NCBI RefSeq assembly: GCF_044704955.1
Contig: NC_092002.1
Coordinates: 5,952,001-6,016,000, forward strand
From: Pristiophorus japonicus
Taxonomy: Eukaryota
DNA length: 64,000 bases
Direction: 5' to 3'
The translations under genes and the position numbers were made by a program. This document shows positions 36,731-49,469 of the stretch, one piece after another. The notes below the pieces were generated by a model that was given only the letters and a program-made list of their open reading frames with translations, searched no databases and was not told where the DNA came from. The number at the start of each line of letters is the position of its first letter. Within the stretch, counting starts at the first letter, position 1.

Positions 36731-37904
36731 CTGCACTGTTGCTGTAAGGTACTGTTCTCTGTAAATCCAAGATATGTATTTTTATTTCTGGTCCTGTGAG
36801 GCCCTGCAGTGTTTTGTAGATGAACGGTTGAGGGGCTTTAAGCCGAGAGATGGACAGGTGCCGGGGGGAAGGATTGCTGTCACGGCCAGCTCAATGGCTG
36901 CTCCTGGCCCCATCTCCACTCCTGCTACACAGTGCCCTTGATTTGGTGATGACTGTGTGTTTGATCTTAATACCCGTTTTAATATCTGTAAGTGTTCGGA
37001 GCTTTCTGAAGGTTTCATGACCACAATTTTAAGAACATAAGAAATAGGAACAGGAGTCGGCCATTCGGCCCCTTGAGCCTGCTCCGCCATTTAATGAGAT
37101 CATGGCTGACCTTCGATCTCAACTCCACTTTCCTGCACTATCCCCATGTCTCTTGGTTTCCTTAGTATCCAAAAATCTATCGATCTCAAAAATCTATCGA
37201 TCTCTGTCTTGAATATACTCAACGACTGAGCCTCCCCAGCCCTCCAGGGTAGAGAATTTCAATGATTCACGATCCTTTGAAATTCCTGCTCATCTCAGTC
37301 CTAAATGGCCGACGCCTTATTCTGTGCATCAAAACAAAGTGGATGAGGTGTCACAAGGTGTTTATTTTGTATTATAACAATTTATGTACAATATATTAAA
37401 AATCTTATGCTTGTGTCAGCTTTTTCCATTATAAATTCCTAAGTCCACATTTCGAATTAAACATCCTATATAAACTGATCATGCTACAATTACATCCTCC
37501 CACCAGTGGTGGCGCTGCAGCATCTCCACATTTATAATAGAAACATCCTATGTAAACTGGTCACGCTGCAATTACATCCTCCCACCAGTGGTGGCGCTCT
37601 AGCAACCTGGGTTTTGTGTTTCTTGGCTCCTCAGCCTGTACTGCAGCAAAATTGCCATGTAGCAACCAGCTCTGCTTGACTGTAATGACTCCCATGGTTG
37701 AATAGGCTGCCAGCACTCTGTCTGGGATTACACACGGGCAAGCTGACAGTGCCTGTGGAACTGCACCCCAAGCGAGGGGTTAACTCCTTCGGGTCCAGCC
37801 AAAGGATTTCAAAGTCACAAGAGTTGGGTTATTGTGTTCTATTAGCCATAATCACTCATTAATTTGCAAAGCTGTCTCTGTAAATATAACAGTTGCATTT
37901 GGAT

Positions 37905-38620
37905 TTCGGATATTATCGTCTCTGACCTGAAATCAGCTTCCGACCACATATCCGCAGTATAACTAAGACCGCCTATTTCCACCTCTGTAACATCACCCGT
38001 CTCCGCCCCTGCCTCAGCTCATCCGCTGCTGAAGCCCTCATCCATGCCTTTGTTACCTCTAGACTTGACTATTCCAATGCACTCCTGGCTGGCCTCCCAC
38101 ATTCTACCCCACGTAAACTGGAGGTCATCCAAAACTCGGCTGCCCGTGTCCTAACTCGCACCATGTCCCGCTCACCCATCACCCCCTGTGCTCGCCGACC
38201 TACATTGGCTCCCGGTTAAGCAGCATCTCGATTTCAAAATTCTCATCCTTGTTTACAAATCCCTCCATGGCCCTCGCCCCTCCCTATCTCTGAAATCTCC
38301 TCCAGCCCCACAACCCTCCCCCCCCCCCCACCCCGAGATGTCTGCGCTCCTCAAATTCTGCCCTCTTGAGCATCCCTGATTATAATCGCTCCACCATCGG
38401 TGGCCGTGCCCTTCAGCTGCCTGGGCCCCAAGCTCTGGAACTCCCTTTCCGCCTCTCTACCTCTCTCTCCTCCTTCAAGATGCTCCTTAAAACCCACCTC
38501 TTTGACCAAGCTTTTGGTCACCTGCGCCAATTTCTCCTTATGCGGCTCGTTTTATCTCATAACACGCCTTGGGATGTTTCACTACATTAAAGGTGCTATA
38601 TAAACTCAAGTTGTTGTTGC
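37905..38620 (+). mobile_element. L2-clade LINE 3' fragment (representative). Others at ~810-1280, 5290-6110, 7170-7930, 34945-35332, 40920-41670, 45906-46500
   Basis: IHAFVTSRLDY...QNSAARVL...LHWLPV...FKILILVYK...GGRAF...LWNSL; tail AAAGGCGCTATATAAA. Confidence 0.85.
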
Positions 38621-39442
38621 TGTTGATTAATCATTGACGATCTTTAAGCAGACGGCTTGGATCCGTGCCCAGATGAAGGGTTTCCCTCAGAGTGGGAGCT
38701 TGGCACAACCTACGCTGCAGTTTCACAGCCCGCTTGATTTGATGATGCCTGCGCTCTCCTTTTTAATCCCATCTTTAATATCCTTAAGCACTTGGGAGCT
38801 TTTAGAAGCTGCCATCTGTCTGCAAGACTTTGAACCAGCTTTGCGCGAAATGTTTGTTTCGCCCCGTGTGAAATAAATATTCTAACGGGAGAGTCTGTAT
38901 TGAAGTGCAGTCACTGTGTTGTAATGGGGGGAAATGCGGCAGCCAATTTGCGCACAGCAAGCTCCCACAAACAGCAACGTGATGGTGACCCAGATCATCT
39001 GTTTCTGTGATGTTGATTGAGGGATAAATATTGGCCCCAGGACACCGGGGAGAACTCCCCTGCTCTTCTTCGAAATAGTGCCGTGGGGATCTCTTACATC
39101 CACCTGAGACTGAGAGAGCAGACGGGGCCTCAGTTTAACGCCTCATCTGAAAAACGTCAGCTCAGACAATGCGGCGCTCCCTCAGCACTGCACTGGGAGT
39201 GTCGGTCTGGATTTTTGTGCTCAAGTCTCTGGAGTGGGGCCTGACCCCACAACCTTCTGACCCAGAGGCGAGAGTGCTGCCCACTGAGCCAGGGCTGGCA
39301 ATTATGACAACAAGCAGAGTTTTGTTTTTAGTGGTGTCTTTCGGATGAGATGTTAAACCGAGGCCCCGTCTGCTCTCTCTTAGGTGGATGTAAAAGATCT
39401 CATGGCACTATTTTGAAGAAGATCAAAGTGAGTTCTCCCTGA

Positions 39443-40425
39443 TGTGCTGGGACCCCAGCTGTTTACATTGTACATTAATGATTTAGACGAGGGGATTAAA
39501 TGTAGTATCTCCAAATTTGCGGATGACACTAAGTTGGGTGGCAGTGTGAGCTGCGAGGAGGATGCTATGAGGCTGCAGAGTGACTTCGTTAGGTTAGGTG
39601 AGTGGGTAAATGCATGGCAGATGAAGTATAATGTGGATAAATGTGAGGTTATCCACTTTGGTGGTAAAAACAGAGAGACAGACTATTATCTGAATGGTGA
39701 CAGATTAAGAAAAGGGGAGGTGCAACGAGACCTGGGTGTCATGGTACATCAGTCATTGAAGGTTGGCATGCAGGTACAGCAGGCAGTGAAGAAAGCAAAT
39801 GGCATGTTGGCCTTCATAATGAGGGGATTTGAGTACAGGGGCAGGGAGGTGTTACTACAGTTGTTAAGGGCATTTGAGGCCACACCTGGAATGAACTTGA
39901 GGAAGGACATTCTTGCTGTTGAGGGAATGCAGCAAAGGTTCACTAGGCTGATTCCCGGGATGGCAGGACTGACATATCAAGAAAGACTGGATCAACTGGG
40001 CTTGTATTCACTGGAGTTCAGAAGAATGAGAAGGGATCTCATAGAAACGTTTAAAATTCTGACGGGTTCAGACAGGTTAGATGCAGGAAGAATGTTCCCA
40101 ATGTTGGGGAAGTCCAGAACCAGGGGTCACAGTCTAAGGATAAGGGGTAAACCATTTAGGACCGAGATGAGGAGAAACTTCTTCACCCAGAGAGTGGTGA
40201 ACCTGTGGAATTCTCTACCACAGAAAGTTGTTGAGGCCAATTCACTAAATGTATTCAAACAGGAGTTAGATGTAGTCCTTACTACTAGGGGGATCAAGGG
40301 GTATGGCGAGAAAGCAGGAATGGGGTACTGAAGTTGCATGTTCAGCCATGAACTCATTGAATGGCGGTGCAGGCTCGAAGGGCCAAATGGCTTACTCCTG
40401 CACCTATTTTCTATGTTTCTATGTT
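39443..40425 (+). mobile_element. CR1-clade LINE 3' fragment (RT C-terminus plus tail) inserted in a SINE
   Basis: LFTLYINDLD...KFADDTKL...RTRGHS...FFTQRVVNLWNSLP; TTCTATGT-type terminal repeat. Confidence 0.88.
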
Positions 40426-41675
40426 TCACTAAAACAGATTATCTGGTCATTACCACAAGAACATAAGAAATAGGAGCAGGAGTCGGCCACCTGGCCCCTC
40501 GAGCCTGCTCCGCCATTCAATAAGATCATGGCTGATCTGATCATGGACTCAGCTCCACTTCCCTGCCCGTTCCCCATAACTCTTCACTCTCTTATCGCTC
40601 AAAAGTCTGTCTATCTCCACCTTAAATATATTTAATGACCCAGCCTCCACAGCTCTCTGGGGCAGAGAATTCCAGAGATTTACAACTCTCTGAGAGAAGA
40701 AATTCCTCCTCATTTCAGTTTTAAATCACATTGTTGTTTGTGGAAGCTTGCTGTGCGCAAATTGACTGCCACGTTTCCTACATTACAACAGTGACCATAC
40801 TTCAAAAAAGTACTTCATTGGCTGTAAAGCACTTTGGAGACATCCGGTGGTCGTGAAAGGCACTATATGATGTATATATGATGTATATATCCTGTACTGG
40901 ATGAGCAGAAATTTTCTCCATTATCTTTGGTCCCCGCCATAAGCTGCGTTCCCTAACCACTGGTTCCATCCCTCTCCCTCACCCTGAAATGAGTTTCCAG
41001 TCACATATCCGCGGTATAACTAAAACCACCTTTTTCCATTGCCCATCTCCGCCCCTTGCCTCAGCTCTTCCGCTGCTGAAACCCTCATCCATGCCTTTGT
41101 TACCTCTAGACTTGACTATTGCAACTCACTCCTGGCTGGCCACCCACATTCTACCCCACGTAAACTTGAAGTCATCCAAAACTCAGCAGCCCGTGTCCTA
41201 ACCCGCACCAAGTCCCGCTCACCCATCACCCCTGTGCTTTCTGACCTACATTGGCTCCCAGATAAACAACGCCTCGATTTCAAAATTCTCATCCTTGGTT
41301 ACAAATCACTCCATGGCCTCGACCCTCCCGATCTCTGTAATCTTTTTCAGCCTCACAACACCCCACCAAAACTCCCCCGAGATGTCTGTGCTCCTCAAAT
41401 TCTGCCCGCTTGAACATCCCTGATTAAAACTGCTCAACCATTGGTGGCCGTGCCTTCTGTTGCCTGGGCCTCAAGCTCTGGAACTCCCTCCCTAAACCTC
41501 TCTTTTCCTCTTTAAGAAGCTCGTTAAAACCTACCTCTTTAAGCAAACTTTTGATCAGCTGCCTTAGTTTCTTCTGTGGTTCGGTGTCAAATTTATCTGT
41601 TTTGTCTGTAACACTGCTGTGAAGCGCCTTGGGACGTTTTACTACGTTAAAGGCACTATATAAATAAAAGTTATC

Positions 41676-42390
41676 AACAAAGGCAGCCTTCAGCCGTCTG
41701 ATGAAAAGAGTGTTCGAAGACCAGGCCCTCAAATCTACCACCAAGCTCATGGTCTACAGGGCTGTAGTAACACCCGCCCTCCTGTATGGGTCTGAGGCAT
41801 GGACGATGTATAGAAGGCACCTCAAGTCGCTGGAGATATATCACCAACGAAGTCTCCGCAAGATCCTGCAAATCCCCTGGGAGGACAGACGCACCAACGT
41901 TAGGGTCCTCGACCAGGCCAACATCCCCAGTATTGAAGCACTGACCACACTGGCCACATAGTTCGCATGCCAGACACGAGACTCCCAAAGCAAATGCTTT
42001 ATGCGGAGCTCCTTCACGGCAAACGAGCCAAAGATGGGGCAGAGGAAACGTTACAAGGGACCACCCTCAAAGCCTCCCTGATAAAGTGCAACATCCCCAC
42101 CCACACCTGGGAGTCCCTGGCCAAAGAGCAGTCCGCCCGAAGTGGAGGAAGTGCATCCGGGAGGGCGCTGAGCACCTCGAGTCTCGTCGCCGAGAGCGTG
42201 CAGAAACCAAGCGCAGGCAGCGGAAGGAGCGTGCGGCAAACCAGTCCCACTCACCCCTTCCCTCAACCACTGTCTGTCCCACCTGTGACAGGGACTGTGG
42301 TTCTCGTATTGGACTGTTCCAGCCACCTAAGGACTCATTTTAAGAAAGGAAGCAAGTCTTCCTCGATTCTGAGGGACTGCCTATGATGAT
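41676..42390 (+). mobile_element. RTE-clade LINE 3' fragment (representative). Others at ~1845-2130, 18760-19150, 21566-22320, 29463-29915, 45120-45319, 58962-59180, 63482-63675
   Basis: KLMVYRAVV...LLYGSEAW...CPTCDRDCGSRIGL; tail GAGGGACTGCCTA(TGA)n. Confidence 0.85.
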
Positions 42391-42529
42391 TATTATATAA
42401 TTTTTTAAAAAGTGAAGCTGGGGTATGCCTGCAGCTTAAGTTCTGTGCAAAGTCAGTGTGGCCCAATGCCCTTTCAGTCTAACTCCTTACCTGCAAGGTG
42501 TACAAGGTGTGTGGATTGTTTGAGCATCT

Positions 42530-43143
42530 TTCTGCCTGTTGCTAGGGACAACTAACAGCCTGAGCCCTGTGATTGACAGCTGGCCTGCGTGTCGCGGGAC
42601 AATGACGTAATCGGAACGGCGACCACAGACCGACTACATCTTTTGCAATCCAGATAGGGGAGGAGCATTCAACAAATAACACATTTGTTCAAATAAATAA
42701 CAAAAGTGAGCAATGAGTCCAATTAATAAATAGTTATTTACAATTATGTGAATGGGATATTGTTTCCGGATTATTCAATGAAAGCGAAAGATTTTTGATT
42801 TATATTTTTCCTTCTTTCGCCACCCGCTTTCAGTGATGGTACATGCCGTTGCTAAGTACGCGTCAACCAAACGCGAGCTGGGGGAGCAGGGTTGATTGAC
42901 GTGGGGCGTCTGCCAATGGAATTGGCGGATGGCGGTCACTCGGCGAATGGCGAATGGCGGGGGGCGGGGAGAGGGGGCGAGTGCAGGCAGGTTAGGTTGC
43001 GCGCGGGCGAGCGGCGGGCTTTGCGGAGAGGGAGCGCGGGCCGGGAGAGCGGCGGCGGCGGCGGCGGCGGCGGGGGAGAGAGAGCGCGGACAGCTCGGAG
43101 GCCTGGGGAAGAAGCAGCGGTGGGTTGGGTGGTCGTTCACCCG
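42530..43143 (+). promoter_or_regulatory. CCDC61: CCDC61 CpG-island promoter and probable non-coding exon 1
   Basis: CpG-rich 42840-43140 with a (GGC)n tract. X-box-like CTGTTGCTAGGGACAAC (42536-42552) and GTTGCTAAG (42848-42856); CRE-like TGACGT (42603, 42897); CCAAT/ATTGG (~42913-42925); GC box. Donor CCG|GTGAGA at 43143/43144. The next acceptor is AACAG| at 44275, upstream of the ATG. Confidence 0.7.
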
Positions 43144-43171
43144 GTGAGATAGATTGGGGGGGGGGGGGGGG

Positions 43172-43620
43172 GGGCAATTCGGCTATGTGGGGCACCGCAA
43201 TCCGTGTGAGGGAGAGGGCAATTCGGCTATGTGGGGCAGCGCACTTCGAATGAGAGAGACGGCATTTCGGCTATGTGGGGCAGCGCAATTAGAATGAGAG
43301 GGAGGGAATGGGGAGGGCGGAGGCATCGCAGTGAGAGAGTGGGCAATTCGGCCACACACGGAGGGGTCGCAGTGAGAGAGTGGGCAATTCGGCTATGTGG
43401 GGCAGCGCAATGAGAGTGGGCAATTCGGCCACACACGGAGGGGTCGCAGTGAGCGAGTGGGCAATTCGGCTATGTGGGGCAGCGCAATGAGAGTGGGCAA
43501 TTCGGCCACACACGGAGGGGTTTCGCAGTGAGAGAGTGGGCAATTCGGCCACACACGGAGGGGTTTCGCAGTGAGAGAGTGGGCAATTCGGCTATGTGGG
43601 GCAGCGGAATGAGAGTGAGG
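43172..43620. repeat. Composite minisatellite in CCDC61 intron 1
   Basis: Shared core GGGCAATTCGGC followed by either TATGTGGGGCAGCGCA or CACACACGGAGGGG..CGCAGTGAGAGAGT. Confidence 0.85.
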
Positions 43621-44365
43621 GGGGGGCATCGCAGTCACCCAGTGACAGCGGGTGGGCGATTCTGTCATGGGCGGGGAAGTGCAATCGCAGTGTGTGAGGG
43701 TAGGCATTTCGCCCATAAGCGGCATGACAATCGCTGTGAGAGTGGTGGGGGCGGGGGGGCATCACTGAGTGCCTGTAGTGCCCACCCCCACACACAATCG
43801 CTCCAGCGCAACCCGCTGGACATTGGTCAGGAGCTGAATCCCAGCCTCATTTATTCCCCCCCCCCCCCCCCAGGTGATGCAGAGCCCTAGTTTGTAGTGG
43901 TCCCATATCTCTGCGTCCCCCCCCACCTAATAATGAGTTAGCTCTGAACAGGCGTGGGATCTTCCTCGTCTGTTGTAGGGCAGTGTACGTACATAATGAG
44001 TAATTCACTAAGTGTGAAGCTCTTTAGGACCAGCCGATGTCTTGAAAGGCGCTATATAAATGCAATCCCCCTCCCCCACTGCTCTTTATCCTGGTCTGTT
44101 GGAATCTGTCCTAACTGGGCAGTGTACTGCGAGGGAGAGCTGGGACTGTATTTAAAGAAGGGTGTTGAATTTGGACCCCATCCCAGTATATTGTACTGAA
44201 AAAAAAACTGATCTGGTTAGTGATATTTAACATCATTTTATCCCACTTCTAATCATTTTTACTTTCTTTCAACAGCTTGGAGATATAATCGCACGTTGCC
44301 TCCACTGAGACCCGCTGGGTCGTCTTGTTTTGTCTTGAAGTACAGTCCGCTTGACTGCCTGCACC

Positions 44366-44513
44366 ATGGAAGGAGGCTGTTCCGTACAGGCGAACTATGT
44401 GTTTCGAGGGATCGAGTATATCGTCACTATGATGGTGACTGGAGATGTGTTGGAGGTGGAGGTCGAAGACCGGCTGACTTCTGAACAGTGGAGAGGGGAA
44501 TTTGAGGCTGTCT
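44366..44513 (+). CDS. CCDC61: CCDC61 (centriolar SAS6-like head protein), coding exon 1
   Basis: MEGGCSVQANYVFRGIEYIVTMMVTGDVLEVEVEDRLTSEQWRGEFEAV, then a GTAAGT donor. Matches the CCDC61 N-terminus (YVFRG...LEVEDR...QWRGEF). Confidence 0.93.
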
Positions 44514-45665
44514 GTAAGTACAGAGCCGCCCTTTCTCGTGTGATCTTATACTTGCATGTCCTGCGTTTATCGATTCCTTGCTAAGGCATGTTTAATTGTA
44601 GAACAGTTCTGAAATATTTTTCCACGCTCTCTTAATAGTTCCAGTGGCTAAGTGCTCCGCCCAGTGTTGTATATTATTAGTATTAGGCAGTCCCTCGTAT
44701 AGAGAATGACTTGCTTCCACACCAAAAAGGGATGAGTTCACAGATCCCTAACTACATCCTGAAGGGTGGAAGATGCCTGGGCATGGATTCTTTTAACATG
44801 GGGTGGCCGTTGCACACCAGCCACCACACGGGCTTGACAGAGCTAGGTCTTGACCAGGACGACTGGAGACCAAGCTCTGCTGCACAGACCTAGTGCGCAC
44901 GCATGCTCCTACTACCCATAGATCGCAGTGTGGGCTGGCCCGTGCTGCCCCTGGGCCCTCGCCTCTCCTGGGCCCCGATCACGATGCTCCAGGGCCCTGA
45001 TCTCTCACTGCTCCTCTGCCCCGATCAAAAATGGAACAGTCAGAAACAGGACATCAATTAGTCTCCCCTTATCTTGGAGACATCAAATATCGACACTGTT
45101 ATTTGAAATTTAATTACTGAGCATGCAGAAAGCAAGCGCAGGCAGCGGAAGGAGCGTGTGGCAAACCACACTCCCCACCCACCCTTTCCTTCAACCACTG
45201 TCTGTCCCACCTGTGACAGAGACTGTAATTCCCATATTGGACTGTTCAATCACCTAAGAACTCACTTTTAGAGTGGAAGCAAGTCTTCCTCAATTTCGAG
45301 GGACTGCCTATGATGATGACCGAGCAAGGTTCCATGTCCTTCTCTGTGCAGAGCTGTTTGATCTTGGCCAAAGTGGGTAGCAGGGGTGCAGCAAGCGGTC
45401 TCTATGTGGGGTTCCACTCGAATGTCCTTCATGGGCATATAACCTGTCGACGCCGCCTAGTCTCGCGTACAAGGGATGGCCATTTTGTGGGTGTACTGGA
45501 GGAATCTGTGTCACTGTACTTTGTGAATCCACCTCCTTCGTGACGTGCTGTTGTCCAGGCAATAGCGTGGAAGGGGGTGGAAGCGAGGTTAAACCTTGTG
45601 TGTGGGAGGTTAACGGGCGCCTGCTAGATCTAACCGACACTGTCCATCTCGCCTCTCTTTGGCAG

Positions 45666-45748
45666 ATATCGAGGATGTCACTCACAAAACCGGCAACTTC
45701 AAGCAGTTCTCAATTTTCTGCAATATGCTGGAGTCGGCCATCACGAAG
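45666..45748 (+). CDS. CCDC61: CCDC61 coding exon 2
   Basis: AG/GT bounded and phase-consistent; IEDVTHKTGNFKQFSIFCNMLESAITK. Confidence 0.93.
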
Positions 45749-46881
45749 GTACAGTCTGGTTCAACAGAGCAAATGTCTATTGCTCGCGTCCGTTCTACAC
45801 TAAAAAGAAAAAGACTTGGATTTATATAGCACCTTTCACGACTATTGGATGTCTCAAAGCGCTTTACAGCCAATGAAGTACTTTTGGAGTGTAGTCACTG
45901 TTGTAAGCTCCTCCGCTGCTGAAGCCCTCACCTGTGCCTTTGTTACCTCAAGACTTGACTATTCCAACGCACTCCTGGCCGGCCTCTCTCATTTTACCCT
46001 ATTAGAGGTGATCCAAAACTCGGCTGCCCCGTGTCCTAACTCGCACCAAGTCCCGCTCACCCATCACCCCCTGTGCTCGCTGACCTACATTGGCTCCCGG
46101 CTATGCAACACCTCGATTTCAAAATTCTCATCCTTGTTTTCAAATCCCTCTATGGACCTCGCCCCTCCCTATCTCTGTAATCTCCTCCAGCCCCACAACC
46201 CCCCGAGAAGTCTATGCTCCTCTAATTCTGCCCTCTTGAGCATCCCTGATTATAATCGCTCTACCATCGGTGGCCGTGCCTTCTGTTGCCTGGGCTCTAA
46301 GCTCTGGAACTCCCTCCCTAAACCTCTCCGCCTCTCTTTCCTATTATAAGACGCTCCTTCAAACCTAACTCTTTGACCAAGCTTTTGGTCACCTGTGCTA
46401 ATTTCTCCTTATGTGGCCAATTTTTTTTGTCGCGTAACACTCCTGTGAAGCACATTGGGATGTTTCACTACGTATAAGGCGCTATATAAATGCAAGTTGT
46501 TCTCTTAATGCTGCTGCACACAGCTATACCTATTCTAGTAAAATAGGTTTTATGCTCATAGGTTAGGAATGCAGACACTTCCCATCTGTTACACACACAG
46601 TATTCGTCCCAAGCACTTCGTGTCAATACTGATTCTCAGAACAACTGTACTGGGGCGGGGAGTTGGAGACAGTTGGAAAGGAATTGGTCAGGTCTGAACT
46701 CTCGTTAATCCCCAAGCCATGGGGGGGGGGGGGGGGGGATGTGTGGGTGTGGTGGTGGGTGGGTGTGGGTTTGGGGGGTGGGTGGGGGTGGGGTGGGCTG
46801 GTCATTCCGGACGCTGTGAGGATCAGGGCAGGAATGCAGAAGGCGATGGCTTTTGATGTTCTGGATCTATTTTCTCTTTAG

Positions 46882-47042
46882 AGCAGCGAGTCGGTGACCC
46901 TCGACCTGCTGACCTATTCCGACCTGGAGCTGCTGAGAAACCGGAAGACTGGAGCAGCAACGAGGCACATGGCGCCGGCGAAATCCGGAGCGCTCAACGC
47001 CAAGCGCTACCTCATCCTCATCTACTCGGTGGAGTTTGACAG
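46882..47042 (+). CDS. CCDC61: CCDC61 coding exon 3
   Basis: SSESVTLDLLTYSDLELLRNRK...KRYLILIYSVEFDR; AG/GT bounded. Confidence 0.93.
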
Positions 47043-49316
47043 GTACGTCTGGAGAATTGAAGCTCCACTTTCATCAGAACTCATCGTCCACGCCTAGGAT
47101 TTTATCCGCAACCTTGTTTACTTCACGAGAACATAAACATCAGAACATAAAAATTCGGAGCAGGAGTCGGCCATCTACTCTAGAGAACCGAGGGTCTAGT
47201 GAGCAAGAGGAATTAAAGGAAATAATTATTAGTAAGAAAATAGTGCTGGAGAAACTAATGGGACTGAAGGCCGATAAATCCCCAGGGCCTGATGATCTGC
47301 ATCCCAGAGAACTAGAAGAGGTAGCTATGGACATAGTAGATGCATTGGTTGTCATCTTCCACAATTCTATAGATTATGGAACACTAACCCTAACCCTAAA
47401 TGTAATCCCATTATTTAAAAAAGGAGGGAGAGAGAAAACAGAGAACTACAGACCGGTTAGCCTAACATCAGTAGTAGGGAAAATGCTAGAGTATTATAAA
47501 GGCTGTGATAACGGCACACTTAGATAATATCAACGGGATTAAACAAATATATTTAAGAGGGAGATTGATAGATTTCTAGAAACAAAATACATCAAGGGGT
47601 ATGGGGAAAAAGTGGGAATATGGTGTTGAAATAGAGGATCAGCCATGATCACATTGAATGGTGGTGCAGACTCGAAGGGCCGAATGGTCTACCACTGCTC
47701 CTATTTTCTATGTTTCTATCTGGCCCCACTTCCCTGCCCGCTGCCCATAACCCTTGACTCCCTTATCGTTCAAAAATCTGTCTATCTCCACCTTGAATAT
47801 ATTCAATGACCCAGCCTCCACAGCTCTCTGGGGCAGAGAATTCCACAGATTCACGACCCTCTGAGAGAAGAAATTCCTCCTCATCTCCATTCTCAATGGG
47901 CGACCCCTTATTCTGAAACTATGCCCCCTAGTTCTAGATTCCCCCACGAGGGGAAACATCCTCTCTGCACCTACCCTGTCAAGCCCCCTCAGAATCTTGT
48001 ATGTTTCAATAAGATCACCTCTCATTCTTCTAAACTCCAATGAGTATAGGCCCAACCTTTCTAATTCTGCCCTCCTGAGCATCCCTTTTTCTTGAGTTAC
48101 ACGGATGCATCTCAGAACACGTGACTGTCACTTTATCTACATCTGCACCTGTACAATTTTAAGTATCAGTCACAAGGGTCACAAGCCTGTCCCATGCAAT
48201 TGTGACACCTTGTGCATTGCAATATATACATTCCCCACCCGACACAGTGTGATCACCTGGGAGAGACGAAAAACGAGTTTAAAAAAAAAACCCAGGCCAA
48301 TTTGAAGTTGTGGGAAAAATCCGGGGAATTCGTCTCCCGATTTCCCCTTCCCCCCCCCCCCGTGCGAACACAACTAGTCCGGGATTTTTGAAGGTTACCT
48401 AGCTCTTGTACCAGGTGTTCTCTGCCCCAGCCAAAAATGGGTCCAGCTCTCGCTGGAAGGGATATAGGATTGGGGCTTGTGGTGGGATTGGCAGAGATGC
48501 GAGATGTTTCGTGGCCCACAGATCGTAGTTTGAACACAAGGGGCTGGATACTCGGTTATCTCACACGTTGAAAGTTCATTAGAAGCTCACCGGGGGCTGC
48601 AAACCAGTAGCGCCTGGCTGCTGACTATCGCGACGTCAGTCCTGGTGCAACGCCCACGATTGCGACCTGGTCGGTAAATTCGATGCGGCCGTCTCATTGA
48701 GCGCCCGCCGATAACACTGTCTGGAAAACCAGTCGGTGTCGGCTTGCAGAGTCATTAACTGGCGGCTACTTAAAGGGACGAGAAAGCGCTTCCCTCGGAG
48801 GTCACAGTCAGAGCAACGTTCACACACAGCACGGTGCGTGAGCCTCTGAGTTTGCAGCGGCAGACAGACATAACAGCGCAGGTTGGAAAAAAGTGAGTTT
48901 GGAAACTTTAATGGGTGCGTTACTATGCCGCGCCTTTAAGACTCGGCTTTTCCCGGGATCTGAAGTGGAGTTCCGCTCATGCGCAATGACTGGGCTAAAT
49001 TTAGCGCCGGCATTTTCGTTGGCGTCCGCCCAGCTCTGGTGTGCTATGGCTGATTTATCGCCGCCTGTCAGCTCTTCGACCGATTCTGACGAATTTCTGG
49101 GCGGGAAACGCAAACCTTTTCAAGGCGCTAAAAGTACCGCTCCGCCTGGATTAACAGAGGCGTGGCCGAACTTCTCTCCCAAGGTGTTTTCTGTTTTTGA
49201 GAGAGTCTCTTAATTGTTTGTCAGAATTAAGAACCAAAAATAGTTTTCTCCCCTCACCGGAAAGAAAATATGTCTGTCTCAAAGTAGCCGCTGATTTTCC
49301 GTTCTGATGTCTGCAG

Positions 49317-49469
49317 GATACACTACCCATTGCCGCTGCCCTACACGGGCAAGCCAGATCCAGTTGCTCTCCAGAAAGTTATCCGAGGACTGAAAGAGCA
49401 ACTCGCCACTGTGAGATCAAAGCAGGGCAAAGATTACCGCGACACGGAGCTCAGGCGGCTGAGAGCAGA
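49317..49469 (+). CDS. CCDC61: CCDC61 coding exon 4
   Basis: IHYPLPLPYTGKPDPVALQKVIRGLKEQL...; CTGCAG acceptor and GTGAGT donor. Confidence 0.93.

Noticed and set aside
36069-36770. Leu/Ser/Pro-rich ORFs
   Set aside because: Antisense translations of the GA-rich low-complexity tract.
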